Positions 29,070 to 37,995 of a stretch of 43,680 nt of DNA are shown in pieces. This DNA is from an uncultured Muribaculaceae bacterium (lineage in GTDB: Bacteria > Bacillota_I > Bacilli_A > RF39 > UBA660): positions 11,140-54,819 of the forward strand of contig CAYTSC010000002.1 of NCBI GenBank assembly GCA_964440475.1, written 5' to 3'. A program made the position numbers and the translations under genes. Position 1 is the first letter of the stretch; every line of letters begins with the position of its first letter. The notes under the pieces are model-generated. The model made no database searches. It was not told the origin of the DNA and saw only the letters and a program-made list of their open reading frames with translations.

Positions 29070-29893
29070 AATTTGAAAAAGTAACGCTATATCGAAATTA
29101 TAGAACCCCATTAGAAAAAAGAATATTAAATAATTTTTCTTTAACAATACCAGAAAAAAAGGTGACTGCAATATTGGGTGATGCTGATAAATCGATTATT
29201 GGTAAACTAATTTGTGCTTTAGAACTTCCTAATATTGGAAAAATTAAGATTGGAAAGCATATAATTGAAAACAGAAGATATATTAAAAACATTAATAGTT
29301 TAAGATTTCAAATTGGTTATGTTTTTTCAAATCCTAATGATTTTCTATTTCATAAAACTGTAAAAGAAGAGATAGAATATGGTATGAAACACTATAATTA
29401 TAGAACAGATAAAATAGATGTTAGACCTATTGACGCATTAAAAATGGTTGGCTTAGATGAAAATTACTATAAAAGAAATCCGTTAGAAATGTCTTTAACT
29501 GAACAAAAAAAAGTAATGTTAGCTTCGATAATTGCTTATAATCCAGATGTAATCATTTTTGATGAGTTTGAGAAAGGATTAAATCACCAAGATAGAGAAA
29601 ACATAGTCAGATTAATTAAATTATTAAAGACAAAGTATAATAGAACAATAATTGTTATTTCGAATGATACAAACTTCTTATTAAATTTTGTTGATTATTA
29701 TTACGTAATTAAAAAAGGTGAAGTTGTTTTCAGTTGTACAAAAGAAGAGCTATATAATAAAGAAATAGATAAACACTTTGAAATTCCTAATATAATATCT
29801 TTTGTATTAAAAGCAAGAGAAAAAGGTTCTAACATGGTAAATCAATATGAGATAAACGAATTAATAAAGGAGGTATATAGAGATGTTAAATAA
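29060..29893 (+). CDS. ecfA2: ECF transporter ATPase component EcfA2 (divergent catalytic motifs)
   Basis: ABC-type layout with Walker B VIIFDEF and a signature-like MSLTEQ. The P-loop region reads GDADKS, two residues short of the canonical motif. Synteny supports the call. Confidence 0.75.
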   Translation: MEIKFEKVTLYRNYRTPLEKRILNNFSLTIPEKKVTAILGDADKSIIGKLICALELPNIGKIKIGKHIIENRRYIKNINSLRFQIGYVFSNPNDFLFHKTVKEEIEYGMKHYNYRTDKIDVRPIDALKMVGLDENYYKRNPLEMSLTEQKKVMLASIIAYNPDVIIFDEFEKGLNHQDRENIVRLIKLLKTKYNRTIIVISNDTNFLLNFVDYYYVIKKGEVVFSCTKEELYNKEIDKHFEIPNIISFVLKAREKGSNMVNQYEINELIKEVYRDVK

Positions 29894-30626
29894 AAATTAT
29901 TTCCAGTACTATCCAATTAAATCTCCAATTCATAATTTAAATTCAACGTCAAAAATAGTGATTTTTATTCTTTCGATACTATCTTTATTTGTATATCATG
30001 AAATGTTTTTGATGGTGCTTTTGTCAATAACTGGAATTCAATTATTATTAAGTAATGTACCAACAAAGTATTATTTTAAGATATTATATATATTTAGGTA
30101 TGCATTTATTTTTCTTGTCATATTTTGTGCATTATTAAATATTGAATTAACTATTTGTATATTATTAATGATTAGAGTGGCGATATTAATAGAAATGATT
30201 ATGCTATTAACATACACTACAAGTCCGATAGAAATAGCGAACGGAATTGACAATGTACTAAAACCATTCAATATATTCTTTATTAAAACAGGAAGAATAA
30301 CATTAGGAATTATGTTATTAATAAAGTCAATACCAATTATGTTATCCACTACTGATAAAATTATTAATAGTCAAGCTAGTAGAGGATTTGATTATTTTTA
30401 TAAAACAATAATAGGAAAAATAATTGTTATTATTAAAAGCGCTCCTTCAATATTAAAAAACACAAAAATACAAGTTAGTAATTTAAAACAAAATATGATT
30501 TTAAAATTGTATAATGCTAATAAAATTAGAACGAATTTAAATGAAAATAAAATTTATGTACTGGATATATTAATAATATTGGTATATGTATTAAATTTTA
30601 TATTTAACATTATTGGTGCACGATGA
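29883..30626 (+). CDS. ecfT: ECF transporter transmembrane component EcfT
   Basis: Polytopic membrane protein with the coupling-helix motif SQASRGFD. Located between ecfA2 and truA. Confidence 0.85.
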   Translation: MLNKNYFQYYPIKSPIHNLNSTSKIVIFILSILSLFVYHEMFLMVLLSITGIQLLLSNVPTKYYFKILYIFRYAFIFLVIFCALLNIELTICILLMIRVAILIEMIMLLTYTTSPIEIANGIDNVLKPFNIFFIKTGRITLGIMLLIKSIPIMLSTTDKIINSQASRGFDYFYKTIIGKIIVIIKSAPSILKNTKIQVSNLKQNMILKLYNANKIRTNLNENKIYVLDILIILVYVLNFIFNIIGAR

Positions 30627-31345
30627 AATATTTAATTTCAATAAGTTATGATGGTTCTAAATTTAATGGTTTTCAAAGACAAAAGAATAAAAAAACAGTT
30701 CAAGGAGAATTGGAAAAAGTTCTAACCAAGTTGAATAAATCACCGGTTACAGTAAAAAGCGCAGGTAGAACAGATAAAGGCGCGCATGCATTAGATCAAA
30801 AGTGTCATTTTGATCTAGATTTAGATTTGGAAAAATATAATTTAATGAGATTTCTAAATGATCTAATAGACAAATCAATTTATGTAAATGATGTTATTAA
30901 AGTGAAAAATGATTTTCATGCAAGATTTATGGTGAAAAATAAAATATATAAGTATATATTAAATGTTGGGAAATATGATCCTATAAGTAAGGATTATGTA
31001 TATAATTACAACCATAAGTTAAACGTTAGTAAAATGAAAAAAGCAAGTAAATTATTTTTGGGTGAACACTCCTTTGAAAATTTTGTGTGTGGAAAAAGAA
31101 ACAATTATGACTGTTATATTAAGAAAATAAAAATAATAATAGTAAATGATTTAATATACTTTGAATTCCAGGCCAAGTCTTTCTATACATATATGGTAAG
31201 AAATATGGTCGGGGCATTAATTGAAATTGGCAAAGGAAAAATGACTGAAGAAAAACTTAAAAAACTAATTGATAATAAGGAAGATATAATAAGTTATACA
31301 ACAGTTCCTGCATCTGGATTATACTTAGTAAAAATTGAATATTGA
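30623..31345 (+). CDS. truA: tRNA pseudouridine(38-40) synthase
   Basis: MKYLISISYDGSKFNGFQRQ N-terminus and the catalytic region SAGRTDKGAHAL. Confidence 0.93.
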   Translation: MKYLISISYDGSKFNGFQRQKNKKTVQGELEKVLTKLNKSPVTVKSAGRTDKGAHALDQKCHFDLDLDLEKYNLMRFLNDLIDKSIYVNDVIKVKNDFHARFMVKNKIYKYILNVGKYDPISKDYVYNYNHKLNVSKMKKASKLFLGEHSFENFVCGKRNNYDCYIKKIKIIIVNDLIYFEFQAKSFYTYMVRNMVGALIEIGKGKMTEEKLKKLIDNKEDIISYTTVPASGLYLVKIEY

Positions 31346-31489
31346 AAAAGAGTAATTGTGTGATAGAACGTATTTAACAAGTCAGGGGGATTAAAATGAC
31401 TAAAGAAAGTTTAAAAAAACTACTAGAACAAATTAAAAAATGGTGAAGGATGCTGGCACCTATATGATAGGTTATGTTCTCCAAATTTT

Positions 31490-32425
31490 TTGCATAGTAA
31501 AAATTATTATAAAGATATGGCAAAAATTTCTAAGGCACCAAATATTAGGTATGCATTATGGGTTATAAATGAGAGTGCATTTATTAATAGTCCATATCAT
31601 GATGAAGACTTGAAAGCTATTGTTGAAGCTAAAGATAAAAATCTTGAAGAAGAGGATAAAAAAGCCGATGCAAGAATTGCCGAGGCACTTGCAAATGTTG
31701 CAATGAGCGAGGATTCTATAAAAAGTAAATATCATCGTGAACATGTAAAAATGATATCCGAAGCAAACAGCGAATGTTTACAATCTGATAATTCTTTTCC
31801 TCAATCAGGAATGAATCTTTTAGCGCTTAACCCAGAATCTCTAAACGATGAAAATCATTTGGAAAACATGAGGATTTTGTCTGAAAAACCATTGTCGGGT
31901 ATGCATTTATTTAACATAATGACAGAGCCAACAAAAATAAAGGGCAAATATTATAAACAAGAGATAGAAGCATTGAGACATGTAAAAAGCTTTAGAAAAG
32001 CTTGTGCAATGCATAAGTATATGACAAGAGGATTCGAGTTAAAAGATGACTCATTTAATAATAGTAGAATATATGAAGACTATGAGTATTATTACATATG
32101 TGATAAAGACACGGAGTATATGAAGGGTTATTTAAATCCAAAATATATAGAATATTTAAATCTATTAAATGAAATAGTAGATGAAAATGTTCTTCTATTT
32201 GAAAAGTTACTTTCAAATGCAAAGCTATATGAAAGTGGTTATCAGGAACATGATATAAAAATAATGTGTGAAGTTTTTAGTACTGATAAATTTGCGGATC
32301 TGTATACATTAATGACAAATGAAGATTCATTGAAAGGAAAACATCATAAAGAGGATGTGCAATTAGCTGCAGAAGCAATTGAACACTATATAAGAAAACT
32401 TTTAATTCAAAAGGCAACAATTTAA
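31490..32425 (+). CDS. hypothetical protein (central fragment of the repeat-motif gene)
   Basis: 311-codon ORF. Its start candidates (TTG 31490, ATG 31514) lack an SD. Carries five copies of an [S/G]-[K/P]-[Y/H]-[Y/H]-x-[E/D/Q]-[D/E/H] motif. No family recognised. Confidence 0.5.
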   Translation: MHSKNYYKDMAKISKAPNIRYALWVINESAFINSPYHDEDLKAIVEAKDKNLEEEDKKADARIAEALANVAMSEDSIKSKYHREHVKMISEANSECLQSDNSFPQSGMNLLALNPESLNDENHLENMRILSEKPLSGMHLFNIMTEPTKIKGKYYKQEIEALRHVKSFRKACAMHKYMTRGFELKDDSFNNSRIYEDYEYYYICDKDTEYMKGYLNPKYIEYLNLLNEIVDENVLLFEKLLSNAKLYESGYQEHDIKIMCEVFSTDKFADLYTLMTNEDSLKGKHHKEDVQLAAEAIEHYIRKLLIQKATI

Positions 32426-32458
32426 GCTAGTCTTGAAACCAAACATCATAGAGAGGAT

Positions 32459-32764
32459 ATGGAATATTTATCTAAAATCAGAGAAAAAGAATTAGTTAAA
32501 GAAAATTATCTTGAATTAATTAATTATCTTCTTTATACAACTAGTGATGACATAGAACTAAGAAAAGCAACAATAGAAAGATTAGAGGCTGGAGAAAAAA
32601 TTGAAAAATGCAGTATAGTTTCAAAATATATAGATGATTTACTGAATAAAATAGAAAATACAAAAGAAAATGATAATATTGATCAGTTGGATTTAAATCC
32701 TTTAAACAAAGTTAACCAACCACCAAAATCAAAAATATTAAGTTTTTTTAAAAGAAAACAATAG
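32459..32764 (+). CDS. hypothetical protein (C-terminal fragment of the repeat-motif gene)
   Basis: 101-aa ORF in frame with 31490..32425, separated by one TAA and 11 sense codons. Basic C-terminal tail. Confidence 0.45.
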   Translation: MEYLSKIREKELVKENYLELINYLLYTTSDDIELRKATIERLEAGEKIEKCSIVSKYIDDLLNKIENTKENDNIDQLDLNPLNKVNQPPKSKILSFFKRKQ

Positions 32765-32801
32765 ATGAAATGAAAAACAATTAAAAAGGCAACGATTTCA
32801 T

Positions 32802-32830
32802 TTGACTTTTGTGATTGCTTGCCCTATAAT
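32802..32830 (+). promoter_or_regulatory. sigma-A promoter of rplM-rpsI, followed by a structured ~80-nt leader
   Basis: TTGACT (32802-32807), 17-nt spacer, TATAAT (32825-32830). The downstream leader has two hairpins (TACTTGGTA...TACAAGTA and TTATCT...AGATAA), consistent with an L13-type autoregulatory leader. Confidence 0.65.
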
Positions 32831-32912
32831 TCTACTTGGTACATTTTATTACAAGTATTTTGTTATCTCTGGGAAAGATAATAAATGAAAGTAACGAAAG
32901 AGGTAAAAAAAT

Positions 32913-33344
32913 ATGAAAACATTTATGCAAAAAAAAGAAAACGTTGATAGAAAATGGTTTGTTGTTGATGCTGAAGGCGAAACTTTAGGTCGTTTAGCTG
33001 CACAAGTGGCGGTTGTATTAAGAGGGAAACATAAACCAACTTATACTCCTCACATTGATTGTGGTGATTACGTTATTATTATCAATGCTGAAAAAGTTAA
33101 TTTAACTGGAAGTAAACTTGATAAAAAACTATACTATAATCACAGTGGATATCCTGGAGGTTTGAGAACAAGAACAGCAAAAGAAATGATTGAAAGATAT
33201 CCCGAAGAAATGGTTGAAAGAGCAATTAAAGGAATGTTACCAAAAGGAACATTAGGAAGACAAATGTACAGAAAATTATTTGTATATTCAGGACCAGAAC
33301 ATGAACATCAAGCTCAAAAACCAAAAGCTATGGAAATTAAGTAG
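32913..33344 (+). CDS. rplM: 50S ribosomal protein L13
   Basis: 143 aa containing [33 protein letters not shown]. Confidence 0.97.
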   Translation: MKTFMQKKENVDRKWFVVDAEGETLGRLAAQVAVVLRGKHKPTYTPHIDCGDYVIIINAEKVNLTGSKLDKKLYYNHSGYPGGLRTRTAKEMIERYPEEMVERAIKGMLPKGTLGRQMYRKLFVYSGPEHEHQAQKPKAMEIK

Positions 33345-33352
33345 GAGGCAAT

Positions 33353-33772
33353 ATGAGTAAAGATAATATAATAATTGCTACGGGGCGTCGTAAACGCTCT
33401 ATTGCAAGAGTAACAATGAAAAAAGGAACTGGAAAAATCAATGTAAATGGAGTTCCGGTAGAAGAATATATGCCTTTTGCAACTATGGTAATGGATTTAA
33501 AGCAACCATTAGTTGCTACGAATAATGAAAAAGCATTCGATATTGAAGTAAATGCTAAAGGCGGAGGATATTCTGGTCAAACAGGAGCAATACGTCTAGG
33601 TATTACAAGAGCTTTATTAACTTATGATGAAAGTACTGATCAAACAAGAGAAGATTCATATCGTAAGATATTAAAAGCTGGAGGCTTTATTACTCGTGAT
33701 CCACGTAAAAAAGAAAGAAAAAAATACGGATTAAAAGCAGCAAGAAAAGCACCTCAATTCTCGAAACGTTAA
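33353..33772 (+). CDS. rpsI: 30S ribosomal protein S9
   Basis: 139 aa containing GRRKRSIARV and GGGYSGQTGAIRLGITRAL, with a C-terminal KR. Confidence 0.97.
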   Translation: MSKDNIIIATGRRKRSIARVTMKKGTGKINVNGVPVEEYMPFATMVMDLKQPLVATNNEKAFDIEVNAKGGGYSGQTGAIRLGITRALLTYDESTDQTREDSYRKILKAGGFITRDPRKKERKKYGLKAARKAPQFSKR

Positions 33773-33776
33773 TTAA

Positions 33777-33799
33777 GACTCGCAAAAGCGAGTTTTTTA
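33777..33799 (+). terminator. rho-independent terminator after rpsI
   Basis: GACTCGC-AAAA-GCGAGT followed by TTTTTT. Confidence 0.85.
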
Positions 33800-33847
33800 A
33801 TTAGAAAATATTTTAATGTGATACAATACACGTGAAGAGGGAATAAC

Positions 33848-35161
33848 ATGGAAAAATGCTTGAATTTATTAAATGATTTAAATATTAAAAAAAAGAAACT
33901 TATTGTCGGTCTTTCAGCAGGTCCTGATTCGATGTTTTTATTTGAAGTATTAATTAAAAATAATTATGATTTTGTAGTTGCCCACGTAAATTATAATAAA
34001 CGAAAAGAAAGTTTGGAAGAAGAAATATTTTTAGAACAGCTATGTAAAAATAACGATATTGCTTTTGAAAAGAAGAGTATAAAAAAATATTCCAAAAAAA
34101 ACTTTCAAGAAGAAGCGAGAAATATTAGATATGATTTTTTTAAAAAAATAGCAGATAAATATAAAACAAAATATATATTAACAGCGCATCATGGAGACGA
34201 TTTAGTTGAAACTATTTTAATGAGAATAACTAGGGGATCGGTATTTTCTGGTTATATAGGCTTTAGAGAAATGAGTGAAGCTGAGGGATATATTTATGTT
34301 AGACCTTTAATTGAACATTCCAAAGATGAAATAGTCGATTACTTAAAACAACAAAGTTTAAAATATTATATAGATGAATCAAATCTTAGCGACGATTATA
34401 CTAGGAATAGATTCAGAAAAAAAATAATTCCTATTTTAAAAGAAGAGAATCCACAACTAATAGACAAAATTAATCAATTTAGTAGTGCTTTAAATACATA
34501 TGATAAATATATTTTAAAGGAAACGAAGGACATATTTGATAAAGAATATAAAAACAATATATTAAATTTATCAAAATTCAATTTTATAGATGAAGTTATT
34601 CAAGAAAAAATAATCGAATTAATATTAAAAGAAATTTATCAAAATGATGTTACATTATTAACAAGAATAAACGTCTTAGATATTTTAAAAATAATACAAA
34701 ACAAAAGGCCTAATGCATCTATTTCTTTACCAAATAAGTTGATAGTAAGGAAAAGTTATGATAAAATATTCTTTGAGTTTGAAGCAAAAAAAAATGTTGT
34801 TGAATATGAGTACATCATCGACAAAAAAATAGTACTACCAAATGGTGATATAATCCGTTTGTCTGATGAAAATAAAGATAAAAGCAATTACTCAATATAT
34901 TTAAATAAAAATGATATAGAGTTGCCTTTACTTGTTCGAAACAGAAAGAATGGAGACAAAATAATAGTTAAAAATTCTGGAACTCAAAAAGTAAAAGATA
35001 TATTTATTGATGAGAAGTTAGACATAAAAAATAGAGATACATATCCGATTGTAATTGACTCAAGCAATAAAATATTGTGGCTCCCAGGAATAAAAAAATC
35101 TATATATGATTGTAATGATGAATATGACATCATCTTAGAATACATTAAGAAAGGAAAATAA
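33848..35161 (+). CDS. tilS: tRNA(Ile)-lysidine synthetase
   Basis: PP-loop motif SAGPDS, HHGDD motif, and a TilS C-terminal domain (GTQKVKDIFIDEK...P). Located upstream of ftsH as in Firmicutes. Confidence 0.92.
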   Translation: MEKCLNLLNDLNIKKKKLIVGLSAGPDSMFLFEVLIKNNYDFVVAHVNYNKRKESLEEEIFLEQLCKNNDIAFEKKSIKKYSKKNFQEEARNIRYDFFKKIADKYKTKYILTAHHGDDLVETILMRITRGSVFSGYIGFREMSEAEGYIYVRPLIEHSKDEIVDYLKQQSLKYYIDESNLSDDYTRNRFRKKIIPILKEENPQLIDKINQFSSALNTYDKYILKETKDIFDKEYKNNILNLSKFNFIDEVIQEKIIELILKEIYQNDVTLLTRINVLDILKIIQNKRPNASISLPNKLIVRKSYDKIFFEFEAKKNVVEYEYIIDKKIVLPNGDIIRLSDENKDKSNYSIYLNKNDIELPLLVRNRKNGDKIIVKNSGTQKVKDIFIDEKLDIKNRDTYPIVIDSSNKILWLPGIKKSIYDCNDEYDIILEYIKKGK

Positions 35162-35162
35162 T

Positions 35163-37097
35163 ATGATAAATCAAAAGAAAAAAAATATGAAAGCACTTTA
35201 CCCATATATATTGCTAGGAGTAGTAATGTTGGTTGTGTTTTTCTTTGTTAACTTAAGCCAATATAAAGTAAATAAATTTACTTATGATGAGTTAGTTACT
35301 AATATGACAAAAAACACAATAAAGGAAATTGTTGTAACTCCAAAAAGTGGTGGAGGAATATACTATATAGAAGGAAAGTTAAAAAAATATTCTAAAAATG
35401 AATCTTTTAAAGTAGATGCTCCTTTATCGGAGGCAGTAATTTCTAAAATATTAAAATATTCTGAGGAGAATGAATTTAAAGTAACTACTAAATCTAACCC
35501 TGAAAACAGTTCGATAGTTATGGTGTTGATGAATGTTCTACCCTTATTATTATTAATCGGAGCAATGGTTTTCTTGTTTAGTAAAATATCGGGTGGAAAT
35601 AATAAATCAATGGATTTTGGAAGAAGTAGAGCTAAATTATATGCCGATGAGAAAAAAGTGAAATTTTTAGATGTTGCTGGTTTAAAAGAAGAAAAAGAGG
35701 AAGTAAAAGAGCTAATTGATTTCTTGAAAAATCCCAAAAAATTTCAAAAACTGGGCGCAAGAATTCCAAAAGGAGTATTGTTAGTAGGACCTCCTGGTAC
35801 AGGAAAAACTTTATTAGCGCGTGCGGTTGCAGGTGAAGCAGAAGTTCCGTTCTTTTATATAAGCGGCTCTGATTTCGTAGAGTTATTTGTTGGAGTAGGT
35901 GCTAGTCGTGTTCGTGATATGTTTAAACAGGCCAAGCATTCAGCGCCATGTTTAATATTTATTGATGAAATTGATGCTGTCGGTCGTCAAAGGGGAACTG
36001 GTTTAGGCGGAGGACACGATGAGAGAGAACAAACACTAAACCAATTATTAACTGAGATGGATGGTTTTGGAGCCAATGAAGGAATAATCATTATGGCCGC
36101 TACAAATAGACCAGATGTATTAGATCCAGCATTGCTTCGCCCAGGAAGGTTTGATCGTCAAGTAACAGTTAGTTTGCCTGACGTTAATGAAAGAGAAGAA
36201 ATTCTTGGAGTTCATGCTCGTGGCAAAATTTTTGGACCAGACGTTAACTTAAAGAGCATTTCAAAAAGAACGCCAGGATTTAGTGGGGCAGACTTAGAAA
36301 ATTTATTAAATGAAGCGGCTTTACTAGCTGTTCGTCGTAATCGTCAAGATATTAGTATGTCCGAAATTGATGAAGCAACGGATAGGGTTCTTTTAGGACC
36401 AGCTAAAGTAAGTCGTAAAATAACGGATAAAGAAAAATTATTAGTTAGTTTACATGAAGCAGGGCATGCAGTAATCGGTTTAAAACTTGAAGACGCTAAT
36501 ATTGTTCATAAAATAACAATAATACCAAGAGGTATGGCAGGCGGTTATACAATGATGCTTCCAAAAGAAGAAAAAGGCATAGCGACTAAAAGCGAAATGT
36601 TAGATATGATTTCTGGTTTACTAGGTGGTCGTGTAAGCGAAGAGCTATTCTTCGGTGAGATAAGTACAGGAGCATCTGATGACTTTGGGCGTGCTACAAA
36701 ACTAGCCAGAAGTATGGTAACAGAATACGGAATGAGTGATTTAGGTCCTATTCAATTTGAAACAAAAACAGAAGGCGTATTTTTAGGGAGGGATTATGCG
36801 AAAGCTAGAAATTTCTCAGATAAAGTAGCGTTAGAGATAGATGTTGAGACAAGAAAAATAATTGATGGTTGTTATGAGAGAGCAACAGGTGTGTTGAAGA
36901 AAAATGAAAAACTAGTTAAATTGATAAGTGAAGCTTTAATAGAAAGAGAAACCTTAACTAAAGAAGAAATTGATGAATTAGTAGAAACTGGTAAAATAAC
37001 AGATAACGAACAACAACCAGATGTAAAAGAAGATGAAAAACCAAAACGAAGACAAGTTCGTGTTACTAAAAAAACGCAAGACAAAAAAGAAAGTTAA
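35163..37097 (+). CDS. ftsH: ATP-dependent zinc metalloprotease FtsH
   Basis: Two N-terminal TMs, Walker A GPPGTGKT, Walker B IIFIDEID (here LIFIDEID), SRH, and zinc motif HEAGHA. Confidence 0.97.
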   Translation: MINQKKKNMKALYPYILLGVVMLVVFFFVNLSQYKVNKFTYDELVTNMTKNTIKEIVVTPKSGGGIYYIEGKLKKYSKNESFKVDAPLSEAVISKILKYSEENEFKVTTKSNPENSSIVMVLMNVLPLLLLIGAMVFLFSKISGGNNKSMDFGRSRAKLYADEKKVKFLDVAGLKEEKEEVKELIDFLKNPKKFQKLGARIPKGVLLVGPPGTGKTLLARAVAGEAEVPFFYISGSDFVELFVGVGASRVRDMFKQAKHSAPCLIFIDEIDAVGRQRGTGLGGGHDEREQTLNQLLTEMDGFGANEGIIIMAATNRPDVLDPALLRPGRFDRQVTVSLPDVNEREEILGVHARGKIFGPDVNLKSISKRTPGFSGADLENLLNEAALLAVRRNRQDISMSEIDEATDRVLLGPAKVSRKITDKEKLLVSLHEAGHAVIGLKLEDANIVHKITIIPRGMAGGYTMMLPKEEKGIATKSEMLDMISGLLGGRVSEELFFGEISTGASDDFGRATKLARSMVTEYGMSDLGPIQFETKTEGVFLGRDYAKARNFSDKVALEIDVETRKIIDGCYERATGVLKKNEKLVKLISEALIERETLTKEEIDELVETGKITDNEQQPDVKEDEKPKRRQVRVTKKTQDKKES

Positions 37098-37112
37098 TTC
37101 TTTCTTTTTTTT
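37085..37112 (+). terminator. rho-independent terminator overlapping the ftsH stop
   Basis: 9-bp stem AAAAGAAAG / CTTTCTTTT with loop TTAATT, followed by a T run. Confidence 0.6.
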
Positions 37113-37209
37113 AGACAATTTTATTATTTTAAAATAATTTATATAGAAAAATATCTTCGACATTTAGTTGTAACTATGTTAAAATATATAAAGAAAAAGG
37201 TGTGGTAAC

Positions 37210-37995
37210 ATGGCGAAAGTTATATCATTAGTAAACCAAAAAGGTGGTGTCGGTAAAACAACGACAAGTATTAATTTGGCTGCATCATTAGGTAAATTTG
37301 GTAAACTTACATTACTAATAGATTTGGATCCACAAGGTAATTCCTCAACAGGATTGGGAATTAGTAAGGGAGATTATGAAAAAACAGCCTATGACTTAAT
37401 TAATGGAACAGCAACTGCTGGAGATGTAATTATAAAAACAAGATTCGATAACTTATATGTGGTTCCTGCTTCGATAAATATGGCTGGTTTAGATGTTGAA
37501 TTAATTCAAAAAGCCTATACAAACGAATCTTTTAAATTTCAAGAACAATTAAGAAACGGCTTAGAAGATGTTAGAGATAAATTTGATTATATTATTATAG
37601 ATTGTCCTCCTTCATTAGGTTTACTATCTACAAATGCACTGGTTGCAAGTGACTCAGTAATAATTCCTGTTCAATGTGAATTTTTTGCATTAGAAGGAAT
37701 AACTCAACTACTAAATACAATAATTATGACTCAAGCAAAGTTAAATCCAAAATTAACTATTGAAGGTGTTTTATTAACATTGCTAGATGCGAGAACTAAT
37801 CTAGGTTTAGAAGTGGTTGAAGAAGTAAGAAAATACTTTAAAGAGAAAGTATTTGATACAATTATTCCAAGATTAATAAGATTAGTGGAAGCTCCCAGCC
37901 ATGGAGAACCAATTGGTGAGTATGATCCAAATAGTAGAGCTAATGAAGCATATATGAACTTAGCAAAGGAAGTGATTGAGCGTAATGGAAAATAA
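37210..37995 (+). CDS. soj: chromosome partitioning ATPase ParA/Soj
   Basis: Deviant Walker A NQKGGVGKTT, DCPPSLG, followed by parB. Confidence 0.95.
   Translation: MAKVISLVNQKGGVGKTTTSINLAASLGKFGKLTLLIDLDPQGNSSTGLGISKGDYEKTAYDLINGTATAGDVIIKTRFDNLYVVPASINMAGLDVELIQKAYTNESFKFQEQLRNGLEDVRDKFDYIIIDCPPSLGLLSTNALVASDSVIIPVQCEFFALEGITQLLNTIIMTQAKLNPKLTIEGVLLTLLDARTNLGLEVVEEVRKYFKEKVFDTIIPRLIRLVEAPSHGEPIGEYDPNSRANEAYMNLAKEVIERNGK

Larger units (their letters stand above)
31396..32764 (+). pseudogene. probable single disrupted gene (frameshift at an A6 run plus one in-frame TAA) encoding a repeat-motif protein of unknown family
   Basis: Good SD plus ATG 31396, then a stop after 16 codons next to A6 (31435-31440). 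The +1 frame is open from 31427 to TAA 32425. The next ORF (32459-32764) is in the same frame, and the codons between them continue a repeated motif. Confidence 0.5.

Noticed and set aside
31444-31446. TGA read as Trp (Mollicutes code 4) as an explanation for the short ORF at 31396.
   Set aside because: TGA terminates recF, holB, ecfT and truA, including ATGA start/stop overlaps. All large conserved ORFs are intact under the standard code. Reading through this TGA also hits TGA/TAG again shortly afterwards in that frame.
33697-33712. parS-like sequence TGATCCACGTAAAAAA inside rpsI (13/16).
   Set aside because: The three mismatches include core and specificity positions (G11, C15) and the sequence is not palindromic. 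It is most likely chance within coding sequence.
33826-33838. CACGTG core upstream of tilS (ATACACGTGAAGA), considered as a third parS.
   Set aside because: The flanks match the parS arms at only about half the positions.
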